DNA from: Raillietiella orientalis
Taxonomy: Eukaryota
Length of the DNA stretch: 64,000 nt
Direction: 5' to 3'
NCBI GenBank assembly: GCA_036172245.1
Contig: JAYWIR010000035.1
Coordinates: 868,001 to 932,000 of the forward strand
Positions 25,601 through 38,499 of the stretch are shown here, one piece after another. A program made the translations under genes and the position numbers. Position 1 is the first letter of the stretch, and every line of letters starts with the position of its first letter. The notes beneath the pieces were generated by a model that did no database searches, was not told where the DNA came from, and worked only from the letters and a program-made list of their open reading frames with translations.

Positions 25601-27589
25601 GAAGTTCAGTGGGTGAGTAGGAAATTCCGAGCTGCAGGTGCGACTTCCTGAATTCCTCTGTCGATGATCAGCTATCATATTTATTACAATGACATTCGAG
25701 TGAATCGAGAACTGATAACTTCATAAATGAAAGTTCTTCTCAGAAGGACAGTGCAGTCAGATGGGAATCTCAGATAAGATCACGAAGCCTAGCAACGTGT
25801 AGCCCTACAGATACAACAGAAAGGCAGATAAAGGAGTCAGGTTTTCGCGAGCGCCTGAAGGTGAGGCGGCACGAATCACGTGATGGAGTTTAAAACTGGA
25901 ATCCAGAGGGACTGGGGATGCCCTGCTACTTCAGTAGTACTGGAATATCCAACAGAGAATCTCATTACACGGACGAATGCGCGGCAGGCGAAAGTTCCTG
26001 GAGAAGCTTCGCGTTTCGCATCTGCGAGACGGGAAAGCATCCTGTGTGTGTGTGGGGGGGGGGGGGGGAATCTTTGCAGCCAGCATCTCTCGGTGTAAGC
26101 GCAAGAAGAAGGTGTTTCTTAAAGAGCAAGATCGCGGCACGCGCTTCACCATCTCCAGAGCCTACGTCCTTGCATCCTCACCGAACCCTCAAAGGAAATT
26201 CATGCCCTCGACTTGCACGCTTTCTGAGTTGCTACTTCTCATGTGCGCACCTTGAAAAAAAAAAAAAGACTTGAATGCAGAAGGGAGATTTCTCTTCAGC
26301 TGCACGTTCGTTTTAACTTCCCTCTGGGCCTCCACGTCCGTTTCACGGAATGCAGAGACAGAACATGCATTTCACGTACACAGGAAAGATACCGGGGAAC
26401 GATGGGAACCGTTGTCGAAAGAAATCGCGACTGCAGCAAAGGATGAGAAGACGCCGTCTCTACTGCTAGGTGAATTTTTCCCGCCCATGCCGAAGCGTTT
26501 GTTGAGGTATTTATTATCTTTTTTTTGTTGTTGCTGCTTCTTGATCCGGATGCTGAGGAGTCTACAGTACTTTATATTCCATTTTTGTAGAGGCACTTCG
26601 GACTCCGTTTCCAAGATCCGCGCCACACGTTTTCATCTCACTGTGCTCTCTTCCTAGCCGGAGGGAAGTGGACCTTCACTCGATGGGGGGGTGCGAACTC
26701 CGGAGGGCCTGTCACTGAGTTTCCTGCAGACAAAGTGCCGATGAAATCTGGACGGCCGTAAAGAGAATGCAAAACAAGGTGGTTATGTTGATGGACTGGT
26801 TGGTTGCGCAAGCCCCGGTATCTGATCCAATGGAAGAGAGAACAAAAGGAGGCTCCGACGTGGTACTCGAGATTTCTCATGCGCCGTGACGAGGTTCACC
26901 CGCTTCCACCGACCCTTCGACATTTTTTTGGAGGAAAGCGGGAAGCTCCGTGGGTTTGAAGAATACCTGGGAAATCGTGCGCTCGAGAATACAAGGATCG
27001 ATTGCATCAGCACCCGAGAAATATCTCTTCGGCGGGACGCAGCACAGGCTAGGTAGGGCGGCATCCAGAGACGAGTTTCGCCGTGGAAGGGAAGAGCTTT
27101 ACCCCAGGAACGATAGAGAGCCAGGAGCTCGTTCGGAGTCTAAGAAACATGACCACCCCGACCGGAATCGTGCAAAAGAGGGGACGCGACGAAGCGCATG
27201 TGACGTCCGAAAAATGCATTCAGGGCATCGGTAAAACACGGGCGATCACAAGGAAAGCGCCTCCATAAAAAGTCACGTGTTGCGCGCAACGTCGGGCGTC
27301 CCGATCGTCCTCTCTTGTGTCTACGTCGCGGGCGTGGTGCATGAGAAAGGCGCGCTCCAAGCCTCGCAGGAAATCCAAACACTCGAAACTCGAATGCTGC
27401 TAACCTTCGGCACCGTTTCCGCGTCCGAGGCACCGAGGGCGGCGCAGCACCCGTTTGCCTGCCGGTAGAAGAAGACGGGCGCCGACTTACCGATTTCCAC
27501 CCGGTCACGCCGCCGCGTTCATGAAAATTTAAAATAAGCTCACTAATTGTGGGGGTCACGCGTAGTACTACCACGCTCAGTTTGTGCAT

Positions 27590-29100
27590 GGTGACCCCTG
27601 CAGGTGCGCAGACCGGCGGGGGTCACATAAGCAGCGGAGAGGAGGGGGAAACAAAAGAAAAAGAAAATAAATAAAAACAGTATGGAAGGCCGCGAAGGGA
27701 TCATAGTCCGCTGGAGGAGTCCTCCGCATCCTTTTTAGGATGCCGGCTAGGTCGGTCCCGATTGCACTCAGGCGGGACCATCTTGCTGCTATCCGCAAAA
27801 AGCGAAGTGCGTGCTCTATGGAGCCCCTCTCGCACGGTCCTCCTTCAGCGCCACTCCATGCCCCCACAATCCCACGGATGCAGCACAGAGCTGCTAAGGT
27901 TGCAGCTGGCGGTAGGGCATCCCGCGAGAAGAGGAGTTTTTCCACATCCCTGAGCTTGCCAACTGGATTCCGCAGGGTCGTCCCAAAACGTTCTCATAGG
28001 AGCCGGAAAGCAACAACGGTCAACGAGTAGGTGCGGGAGGAAATTTCGTTCCCTACACGTGCGAAAGTCCGGGCTCACGCCCCTCAGTGTCCAATGATGT
28101 CGGCGGGTGCTGCAGGGGAGACCCCAGTGCAACAGAAAAAGTGCCGACTCCTAACACTTCAGGAGGAGGACGCTGCTGTTTGAGAACTCTAGGAGCCTCT
28201 TCAGGTCTTCCCGAGCAGCCCGCTCCAGCGTTCTAGTCCTCGCGGAAGGGCACTTGGAATCGCAGCGTCGGTCAGCTGCCCCACGGTCCATCGACTTATC
28301 AACTTCCTCCTGACTGCGATCTCCCAGGAGACTTCCCACCACACGGTTGTCTGCTGTCAAGTACCCTCCTCAGGAAGAGCATCAATGCAGCGAGGGGACG
28401 CTCACGTGATCATGTTAGGACACTGCAGGATCTTCCGCGGCGAGCAGCAGGCACAGATGCCGAGTTGCAGACAGGCCCACCTCTCCGAGCTGGGCTCACT
28501 CATCTTCGCCCACGTGCCAACAGTTTCCTCTAGCCAGTCGCTAGAGGTGGCGGGCAGCAGGCCGTGCAGAGGCTCTCCTTCTCCAAGGTGGCCATGCGTC
28601 CGAGGAGGAGACGGCATCTGCTCACCTTTCCGCCAGAGCACAAAAGGTAGGAGGCAAGTCCTTCGGTACTGGCAACGCGACTGGCGAGGAGAGGTGGGGA
28701 AACGCACTAGGAGGTGTTCCAATACTTCTCTGCGATGTCTCTATCGTAGCTGGATCTTTATCTGTCGGTCTCCGGTCGCTGGCTTTCCGGAGATCACCAG
28801 GTGCGGCTCGGGTGTGTCGCCAACGACGAAGACGACTTCAGTTCCCAGATCCGCACGGAAACACGTGGATGCTGTTCGACCCGTCCCATAGGGGCTGCCT
28901 ATGTGCTTAGCCATTAGAAACCGTGGCTGAAGTGCCGCCGTCCCATAGTCGAGTCGCGTTCAGATACAGCGAGCGTGGGCCATGGGGTGGCTGGACTCGA
29001 AAAATTCGGGTCAATCGGTGGTGCCCCGGGATGTCGGTAGGTGGCACCGAGAATTGCGGGAGATCGAGGCGCACCCTCCTTCCCGACTGGTGGACCCAAG
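27590..29100 (-). mobile_element. 5'-truncated, internally deleted relative of element Y (RT middle to 3' UTR)
   Basis: GQLTDAAIPSALPRGLERW, HWGLPCSTRRHHW...LPHLLVD and FSRDALPPAATLAALCCIRG...DLAGILKRMRR align with 4392-4912 and 7000-7600; similar T-rich 3' UTR. Confidence 0.75.
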
Positions 29101-29199
29101 GGGATGGGGGACGTCCTAGGAGTGGGAGTGAGCAGCGCGGCAGAGATGTGAAGAGAAAGCAAGGCCAGAAGGAAAAGCAGCTTGAGCGACTTGGTAATG

Positions 29200-31850
29200 G
29201 ACCTCGGATGAACGAACGATGCGCGCTTTCCATGGAAACTTCCATTCGGACCGCGGTGAGAGATACAGGAGAGATTGCCTTGTGCCTTCTCTCGCAGCTC
29301 TACAAGAAACAGAAGCAAAGTCTCTGCTGCGCCAGTCGGTGCTCTTTGGGATGCAGGCTCTTCCAAAAATCATCCGGGCAACCGGATGTACTAGGAAAAG
29401 CTGGGAAAAGCGGGTGGACCAAGAGGAGCCGGGATTTCGGGAAGGCGGATCTCAAGTTTGCAAAATGATGGAAATTTGCTCCCTCCCTCCTCCGGGGGGC
29501 TTTGCAGAGAGCTGACCATCGAGGGAGACGGCTTTTATAACCACCAGGAAGGCATTTGCGCCTCGCCTGTGCTGCGTGCTGAGTGCCCGGTGTTCGAGGA
29601 ACATCTTCCGCCTGGTGGCCGAGCTTCCTGGAGTTCCTTTCCTCCTGCATGCACCCGAGAGACACATCGAGGCGAAGTCCAGAAGGGGTATGAGGGAACA
29701 CTCTACCGAAGAAACTGGGGACGAATCCCGTCCGAGGTCTCACGAATCCTTCTTCGTTGTCCCAGTGCGTGAGCGTTGCTCGGCCGTGGTTTGTTGCTCT
29801 TCCGTCTCCTGCACAGGAGCGAGCAAGCCATAATGGGATGCACGTGAGTGTTTTTCCGCCGCGTCCCTTGTGGTTTGCATCTCAGCGCTGCTGGAGTCTC
29901 TTCTTGCACAGACGCGGTGGCGGGTTTCCGAAGGCAGCGCCGCTACCTTGGTTTCCCTCCCGGATCTGGTCGCCACTTACAGGAACCCGGGGCAAGAGAA
30001 CATTTCGTCTTTCCATCCCTCGCGTCGTATCCTCAGGTTTCGGGATGGGGAAAAGGTTCTCCCAGTCTGCTTCCCGGATGTTCCATTTCCTTCCGCGTCG
30101 CCAGCGCTTTCTGGGTCGAATCGCGTTGCCCTCCGTTCGCCCCAGGTTGTCTTGGAGTTCGCGCGGTCAGTCACCAGTCAGCCATCTACCTCTCGGAAGT
30201 GAGAGAGCTGTCGAATGGAGGAGGGAACACCAGGTTTGCCTGGCTTCCTCGCCGACCCAGATGCGCGCCCCTCCCTCCCCCGTCTCCTGGAATCTGTGAG
30301 GGATGCTGATAGGGGAACGGCGCGGAGAGGATAGGAGGCTTTCGACGTGTTCGGCATTCAGGCCGGTGGCGCCGAGCCTGCGCGGCGGACGGCTCCCGGC
30401 GACCGGCAGACCCCTCTCAGAGAGGCATCGCTCCGGGTCCGTCAGGTTGCCTGGAAGCCAGACGTTGCCCGAAGGCGGATTTCGTGAGACGTCGGCAGAG
30501 CCTCGCCAGGAGTAGCAGCCGTGGATTGGAAGAGACGCGCCCTTCCAGTCCACGGCGCACGGCGCTGGGTGGTGTGCACATCCCGCAAGTGATCGAGAAC
30601 GAGAAGGATACAGATGTTGAAGCTGCGGAGGGAGGAAAAGATGGGAGAGGGAAGATTATTCTTCGGTTCTCGCACAGCCCCCAAATAATCTGCGGGGAGG
30701 ATTCGGGAAGCTGCACGCCGACAGACCGGAATCTCCTCTCGAGTCTCCGGGATTTTCTTTCGATGGCGCTGGCCATCCTTCCAGACCACACACTGGGAGT
30801 CGCGATTCTGTCTCCAGGGATCCCCAAGGCCAATTTTCCGACAGGCAACTCTGGAATTTGGCGGCGATTGTCACGGCGACAATGCTAGTACTTCACATCC
30901 TTCGCCTCCGTCTCGTTCCCTTTCTTTCAGGAATCCCCAAGGGCGTGCGCTTACTTCTGTCGGTAGGGCGCAAGCGATCTCGGAATTCGGTTTTGCTCAC
31001 CACCGGAGGATGCGAGGGGCGGTGCCGGCGAACCCATGGGATCCATCATTCCAGGATTTTCTCGGAACTCTTTTTCCTCGGCTACAGCGCCGCGCTTTGT
31101 TTCCAGGACGTCTGAATACCCACGAACAGAGTCGACAGGGCTGCTGGCCCGCATTTCTCCTGAATTCGGCCATTACCCCCTTCCCTGCACGGGGAAGAGG
31201 CTTTTACTTCTCCCTCTCTCTCTTCCGTACCCGGCCTTTCCTCCCCTCTGAGCTCTTCCCCCTTCGCCAGGGACATCGGCGGTTCGCAGGATCTCCAGTG
31301 TTGCCTGCTCTTCTGGCACCACCAGCCAGAGGGAGGCTGAAAAGAAGTGCGGGTGGACCGCTCCTCTGCACCACGGGAGGCTCTGAGAGGTTCAGGGGCA
31401 TGCAGAGCTCCCTTTCGGGGAACCTTAAGGCCGCACGGGGATGGAACACGCGAAAGCCCTCGGACCGAATGGCAGGCAAAACGGAAAAGACCGCCGGGTT
31501 GGGTGCAGTCAACGAATGAGAGCATTCTGCCCTGGAGGAAGACGCCTACGCTCAAAATTCCAGCTGACAGCCGGGAGACGCCGCAAGAAAGATCGTGCTG
31601 GTGGCGGCAGCAGCTCCGTGATGGTCCCAGGGAACTTTCCTGGCCCTGGTGGCCTCTGCAAGCTCAAAGGGAACGTACCAAAGGGTACGGAAGATGTCAG
31701 ACGCTTTCAGAAACGTCGCGAGTGGATGCGGGATCGTGGGAGGGAGCGGCTGGTGTGACTTAGAGAAATCTCTCGGAGTGGACGAGTTCGTGAGAGGCCA
31801 GCGGTCTCCGCATTGGCTTCCGAGAGCAGACCTTGGGAATGCCTCTTATC
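29200..31850 (+). mobile_element. Decayed L1/Tx1-type ORF2 (APE, linker, RT)
   Basis: Ordered degenerate motifs: LAALQET, DLVATYRNP, SHQSAIYL, GCWPAFLLNSAITPFPARGR, RAFCP, SSVMVPGN, AVSALAS. Confidence 0.55.
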
Positions 31851-32739
31851 GGAGAGCAGGAGGACCTCCTAAGACCCCTGTGCGCGCGACTCCTGAGAGT
31901 CCCGAGGGCAGAGTCCCGTCCGCAGCCCCCCTCCCCTCATATGCTTCTGCGAAAACAAGAAAACGGGAAGGAAAAGAAGAGAGGAAGAGGAGAAGGAGGA
32001 AGGTTTCGTATTGCTCCTGGCAGCAGCCCTCGGCATGAAAGACTTCCCTATCGGCGCACGAGCGCGCTGGCAGTTCGCGCCTCCAGGAAGCTCGTGTGCG
32101 CCCACCTCAGAGTGCTGGTGTAACCTCCCGGACCGACGGGGAAGCCGTTTGTTGACTTGGCACGCTGGGTGGTGCCCATTAGGCACGCCGGGATACCATC
32201 AGACGGCTTTCCTTTTTCTCTCCCGGCTCCGAGCTCTCGGACGCGCAGTTCAGAAGCCTCCCGGATTCTTCTCTCCTTTTCTTTTGCGCTCCTTCGAGCG
32301 CCTCTCTTTCCTTTCCCCCCTCCTGATTCTCCTCTCCACCCCCCTCCTGCTTCTTCTTTCGCCATCTTCCTCAGCACCCGCAACCGAATCTCCTCATCGC
32401 GATTGCGCGCGCGCGAGAGGAAAAAAAAAAAAAAATCTTCTCCACTTCTCGAGCGAATATCATCGCCGCGAGCCAGTGGGATTTGCTGCTCCGTGGTGGA
32501 CTGAAGGGGACCACTCTAGCCTGATTTTCCTCGCGTCCAGCAGAAAAGGCTAGAAATCAGAGAGAGGATGAGAGGAGAGAAGAGCAATTGGACCAGTGCA
32601 TCCCGGGTCCGCTTTTCGCCAAGGTGGTGGGCGGTCGACTCCAGAACGGATTTCCCCTCTCCCTTTCGGATTTTTGGGCACCACGACAGACCCGGGACGA
32701 TGTCGCTCCTAAAGAACCCGGCCGATTGACGAGAGAGCC

Positions 32740-33640
32740 GTCTACCGCGCAGACTTATGACCATCGGTCTGAAGGTGCTCCCCCTCCCCCCGTCCTCGGG
32801 AGGGGGAGGAGGAGATTCGTGGGTGGACAAGGGGGACAGCTTCTCCGTCTCGATGCTGCTGGCAGGGAAAGACATCGCGTGGGGATTGACGGCAAGTGGA
32901 GGTGTCAGAAAGTGTGGAAGCATCTCAACGTCGATGCATCAGCGCTTCCTAGAGGTGTCGAAGACCTGAGCCGTACTGGTGCGCCCGAGGCACCGAGCGT
33001 CGCGAGTTCGAATCCCATCCGGGGAAGGACGTCGCCGAGAACGTGGGGTGAGCGTCCTCCTGCAGGATGACGCCGGTTGCCCACGGTTATCAAGTGCGGC
33101 ACTGGTGGGACGCGCTTTGGAAACCGTCCGTCCCCGTTAACCCCCCAGCGTCCTCCCAGGAATCACGAGGCTTCGAGGTTCCCCTCCAGCTGTGCAAATG
33201 GAGTCACTACTACCCTCTCTTCCTAGGGGGGGACCTTTCATCTCGTTTTCTCTCGGGGGGGGGGAGTGCCTCTGCAGAGTATCAGAAGCGTGCTGTGTTC
33301 CCTCCGGGAAGCGCCCCTCAAAGAAAATTGGAGGCGTCCCTGCGGGGTCCCCTCCAGACAAGAAACTAAGAGAGACCCTCGCAAATCATGGGATCCCTCC
33401 GGAGGTAATAAGGAAGAGGTTCCCTTCGGGGTTCCCTCCCAAGAGAGAGGAACGGACTGCTTCCCCCGGAGCCTTCCCGAATCAATGAGGGTGGTCCCTA
33501 TGTTTTGCCCCCTGGCCAAGTTACTCACCTTCGGGTGGCGAGCGTGGACGGTGTTGCAGGAGTCTTGTGAACCTGTCCCCTTCCATGTAGCGGCATCGTG
33601 GAGCCTTTCCTATGGTCTCCACCCTAAGGAGACGAGTGGT
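32740..33640 (+). mobile_element. ORF1 C-terminal half and ORF2 start of an L1/Tx1-type element
   Basis: DNA similarity to 61175-61958 (-) and 9380-9780 (-), e.g. gatgacgc.ggttg and gagaggaacggact; ends in LRVASVDG...HPKET (APE start). Confidence 0.5.
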
Positions 33641-36600
33641 TCTCCAGGACTTCTTAAGAATGAAAAGAAAGAAAGAGAGGAAAGCTGGAAGGGAAAGCAG
33701 AGAAATGGAAGGACCGAAAGAGGATGTCCATAATTCCAGCCAACAGTGGAGATATCCCCGTGAGGTTGCTACTGGCCTTTCAAAAGACCTATGCCTGAAG
33801 AGGAGGCGAAGGCAGACGCTGGAACTTTCCTGGTCGCGGAGCGCAGATTATGGAGAAAGCGCGTGCTCCGTCCGATGTAAACAAAATGGCCGATTTATTC
33901 TCAGATAATCTAAACATTTCGTGATAAATAAAGTAACCAATGTGCGTGCGCCTCAGGACGGAATCCACATCCGACAAGCACTTTCGCCGCTGAGGTAAAG
34001 AGGCAGGGGAAGAAGGAAGGGGGAAAGAGGGTGAAGGGAGATCCTGTCGGGTAACCTCCGCCATAGGCCACGGATTTTCGAGCTGTGGGTGTCCCTCCAG
34101 CTTTCGGTGCCCTGCTCTCTCTCTTCAGGGGAAACCGGCGGAAGCAGCCGATGAGGGAAAAATGCTGAGGACCAGTTAACCCCGAAATTCCGGATCCGGA
34201 AGGCGCCCCGGAAACTGCGGAAGAGAGAAAAGAGGAAGGATGGGGATTCCTCTCGGAAACTGCGGGTCGAGAAGCAGGAAAGAATAGGAGCTTTCTGAAA
34301 TGTCTCCGTGTGAGGCGTCGCTCCGCGTCTCCGACCTCTTGGACGGGAATCGCGACGGCCGCCAGTGCGCTGCCTCTCGGAAAGATCCGGGAGCCAACGC
34401 GGCAACAATGCTCTTCCGAGGTAACTCAGGTCCCGGAAAAAAATAAAGAACCTTGCACTTCCTGCTCCTCTTCCCTTCTTTGCGGCCGCCATCGGCGCCG
34501 CCGTCCCGAGATGCGAAGATGACGTTCGACCACGTCGGAGGGATTTGGGAGAAACCCGAAAACTTTCGAGGAGGGAACGCGTATCTCACCTTTTCCTCCT
34601 CCTCCTCCTAGGCGAGCCAGAGAGCCCCCAAGATGACGGGCGGGAGCATCCTTCTTTGACGACAGGAAACCGTGACGACCCTGCCCGGAAGCGGGGAAAG
34701 AGAAGACGGGGGTCTTAGCTGAAGAGGTTGCCTCTGGGGGATCATGGGCTTTTTCCTTTTTGCTGAGGGCGTCTCCGAGGGGCTGCACACGGGTTCGGAG
34801 GAAACAAGGAGAAAGAAAAGGGAGGGATGGACGTCACTGCCCCCTTCCCTCTCCTGTTCGCTGTCGGGCACAGAGCGCTGCTTGCTCCTCTTCCTCCCTT
34901 GAAATCGAAACGAACCCCAACTGTTCCGCTGCTCGACCATTCCATTGGGGAGGGATGCGTAAAAGCGCCCAGCCACAGAGTGGGAGTAGGTGGGAGGAGG
35001 ACAAGAGAGTGGGTGGATCGAGATCCTTCTCTCATGCGCATCTCCTACCGCTTTCCCTCCCCGTCCTCCCGACATCCAAATGACTGCCACTACAAGTAGC
35101 ATTTATCCTACCCTTCTTCTCATCCCTTCTTCCTGCTTGCCCTGGCCCCACCGCCTGCCAAAGAAGCGGGTTGACCTCGAGCCCTCCGGATAGCCGCTGA
35201 AGCCGCGGCAACTCCAAGTCCAGGCAATCCGAAAGAATGACTCTCACGAGCCTCCTCTTTGTCTTCCCAGAACGAAAGAGAGCCTCTATCTCCTCCTCCG
35301 ACACCTCCTTTCTTTCCCTCCTCTCCAGATCCTTGATCCTTCCCACCCATCTCATCCCCCGCTTCCTCTGAAACGGTCACCGGAGCCATCTCTCCCACCG
35401 GGGGATTTCCCGACAGCTTGTTGTCTCCTCGACCTTGGTCCGGAGGACGGCCGGAAGCTGAGGAGGAAACAGGGTGGGGCGAGGCGGAGGCTCAAGGCGC
35501 GCGAAATGCTGTGGAATCCCGGAAGCCGTTCCAGCCACGGTGAGGGGAAATTGCGGATATCGAGGCCCTTCGCACTCGTCTCCCTTTTCCCCTTTCGCGG
35601 GTCGCCGGTTGCTTCGGAGGCTGTCTCCTCCTCGCAGCCTGCTACTCCCTCACCCTCTCTGGCACCTCCGTGGAGATCGGAGGCGGTTGAAAAAAGGGGG
35701 ACGGGGTCTCGGAGGAGGAAGGGCTCAGTCGGAGTTCGGTGGACAGGAGGAACCTGCGAGACCGCACATTACCTCACTCCACTCGCGCTGCAGTCGCTGT
35801 CGCTTCACCTTGTTCACTCCCTTCCTCCCCCGCGGTCTTCTGCCGCTCTTCATGGCCTCACCTTCGCTCACCGCCCACGCACCGAACCCTCTTGGTGGGC
35901 GACTTTCAGAAAAGAGTCCTCCCCCCTCTTCCTGCAGCAGTGGACTCACCTCGCTACTCTTCCTGTGGACGGAACGGACTCGAAGCAGACCAGATCGAGC
36001 CACCGCTCCATTCCCTTGTGGCACCCCCTCGACTAGGGACAGGCAGGAGGAAGGCGCCGAGTTTTCTCCCTGGCACTTGCGGCGCATGCCGGATCCACCA
36101 AGGACTGCCGTCCGAAGGTTGTCTTCCTCTGCCAAGGGATACGAGAAAAGACCAGAAAGGGGCCGAGCCGCCCCGCCTCCCTGTCCCGCGTCCTGCGGTG
36201 GAAAAAGGAACAAGGGGAGTGAGGCTCTGATGGGGAAGCAGCGGAGTGTCCCGGAGGGCTTCGTAACTCCAGGGCATGGCGACTTTTCCTTCGAGAAGCC
36301 TTTTTTTTTTTCCTCAGGATGATGGGATAGAGACAGGGGAGGAGAGGGAAGGGAAGAGCCATCCTGGACTCGTCCTCTCGGCGGTCAACGACTGCGCTGG
36401 CAGCGCTGCCACCTCGGGTCATGAAGCAGACAGGGCTGCTTGCATGAGGAGGGAGTAGATGGCCCGGCCCGGACCAAAGCAGGGCGCGAAAAGAGGGAGG
36501 GAGGAGGGGTCACGTCTCCCGAGGCGACGGAGGCACCACAATCATCCACCCGCAGAAGCAACGGAGGGGAAGAAGGCGGATGGGCAGGATAGCGAAGAAG

Positions 36601-36940
36601 GCATGGGAGAGGGGATCGCGCCGAGGCTCGGCCCTGGCCTCCGCCCCTGCTGCTATCTGTGCCCTTCCCATCAGCGTCCTCGCAGTCCACCTGCTTTCCG
36701 CCTGGTGGTGCTCGGGAAAGGTCTGAGCGCCGGAGGGTCCTCCGGGTGGATTTCCCCTCCCCTCTCTTCCACCCCGTCCCATGCCCCAGTCCCAGCGTCT
36801 CCGCCTCTGGGAAAGCATTCGAGCAAATTTTATTTTCGTTCAGCTCTCCGGGTCATTCCAAGTGTTCTCTTCTGGCACGCGTTCCTCCCGAAAGGTCAGG
36901 GAGGGGTGAAGGATTCGGGGGTCTGGCGCGGCTGCGGCGC

Positions 36941-38368
36941 TTACCCGGAGCGGACGATACTGGCAAGGGTGTTCAGGTCGGAGTTGCCCTGGGTTTCTAA
37001 CGGGACGAGACCATCGGCACTCTGTGGCAGATCTCTGTGTTTGCCGGAGATTTCCCGGATCAAGTCTTCGAAGCTTGGCAGTGTGTCCACGTTCTCCTGC
37101 TTGTGGTACACGAGAGGGATAGCCTTGATCTCGAGGCCATCACCGAAGTTCTCCCGGACCAGACGGTGGCCGAGAGAGACCCCTTCTTCGTCCGAGTTGG
37201 CCGTAAACTCGACCTGGCGCCTCCTACGCAGGTACGGGCTGCACAGGGCCGTGGCGAAGCACAGGAAAAGGATGACGGTGGTCTTCACCTGGGGGAGGAA
37301 GAAGAGCGTCAGCAGTGGCGAAGCGCCTTGTCTCCACTCTCATCCCCATCCCCCCGAGACGGCCGGACGGAGACGGGGTTGGAAGGGCAGGGGAGCGAGG
37401 GAAGAAGCAACTTACTGTGAAGCCCGAGAGTGAAAGGGAGGGGATTGAGCACATGCGAGTACCTCCCTCTCTGAGCGGCGGCACCGCGAGACGGAGAGCA
37501 GGGTCAACCCGCAGCTGCCCTTTACAAGAACCGCCGGCGAGGGAGGCTTCCCCGGAGCTCCGCGCGCGCGCGATAACGTGAGAAAAGGGCTCCGCTAGCA
37601 GGGAATGCCGAGGGTGGGAGAGGAGGGGGCAATGCTGTCTCGCCCACCTCGCCTCTGTCCGCTCAGGGAGCGCGCGTGCGCGCACTAGGAGTCCGCGGCT
37701 GGACGCCCTCGCGGAGGAGCTTCTGCGGGACGAGTGCTGGCAGTTGCAACGCGTCAACTGGTCGCCACGATGGACTCCGTGTAGCCGAACGAAGGTGCAG
37801 CCCGACCCTTCGCCCAGCCTTCCAGCCTCCAGCGAACCTCTTCCCCCGGGTGCAAGGATGCTTCAGAGGTTCCACAGGGGCTTCCTCTTGGAGGGTTCTA
37901 CGTGCGAAGAGGGAGGGGAGGGAGTGGAGACACGTGAAGCAGCGACAGAGAGGATCAGACGAAACCGCCCCTCCTCCCCTCGCACCTCGCATCTATCCGG
38001 TGTCTGCCTCTCGTTGCCCGCTCGCAATGGGAAATGATGCTCCAGGGGACTGCTGACCCACTCAGGAGGAAAGCACTCGTTCCCGGGGAGCACTCTGCGC
38101 GTGGGTCGGAGAGAGGGATCCAGGAGAGGAAGAGGAGGAGGAGAGCTGCCGTCGCGAGCTCAAGCGAACCGGCGCGTAAGACGAAAGGACCGGGGAAGAA
38201 GTGATGCTGCCGAGTCGCCACCGACCCTCCTTTCCCGCACACACCCTTTCCTTGTCCAGCAACCGACCCCTCCCGGCCCAGCCTCTCCGCCGCCACCACC
38301 ACCCAGCTACTCCTCGGCTGGACAGGCGCTCCAATGCCGACCCTCTCTCGGCTACTCACGGAAAGCAT
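36941..38368 (-). CDS. Orphan secreted prepropeptide (exon 1 38368-38360 MLS; exon 2 37288-36941), ~118 aa
   Basis: ATG CTT TCC|GTGAGT donor and a pyrimidine tract + CAG acceptor at 37289 join in frame to MLSVKTTVILFLCFATALC-SPYLRRRR-QVEF...; TAA at 36941 and AATAAA at 36833-36828. Confidence 0.65.
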
Positions 38369-38462
38369 CTTCAGGGGAGAGTGCGTGCGTGCGTGCGTGC
38401 GATCGGGAGGATCGTGCAGGAGGAGGCGGAAGAGCACACTCGTCTGCGGGAGAAGCGAGCAC

Positions 38463-38499
38463 ACTGGTGCCAGGCAGACGCGACCCGGCCGCCTTTATA
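38463..38499 (-). promoter_or_regulatory. TATA box plus Inr-like start of the secreted-peptide gene
   Basis: TATAAA at 38499-38494 and CCAGT at 38467-38463, ~100 nt upstream of the ATG. Confidence 0.55.

Noticed and set aside
27590..31850. Single twin-primed (5'-inverted) retroelement formed by the head-to-head minus and plus pieces
   Set aside because: The plus-strand piece continues through the same RT motifs as the minus piece, so two independent copies is the simpler explanation.
32965..33020. tRNA or SINE head (GTTCGAATCCC B-box-like; A-box-like text in the paralog near 61830)
   Set aside because: No cloverleaf; it lies inside an ORF1-like coding remnant whose homology extends on both sides.
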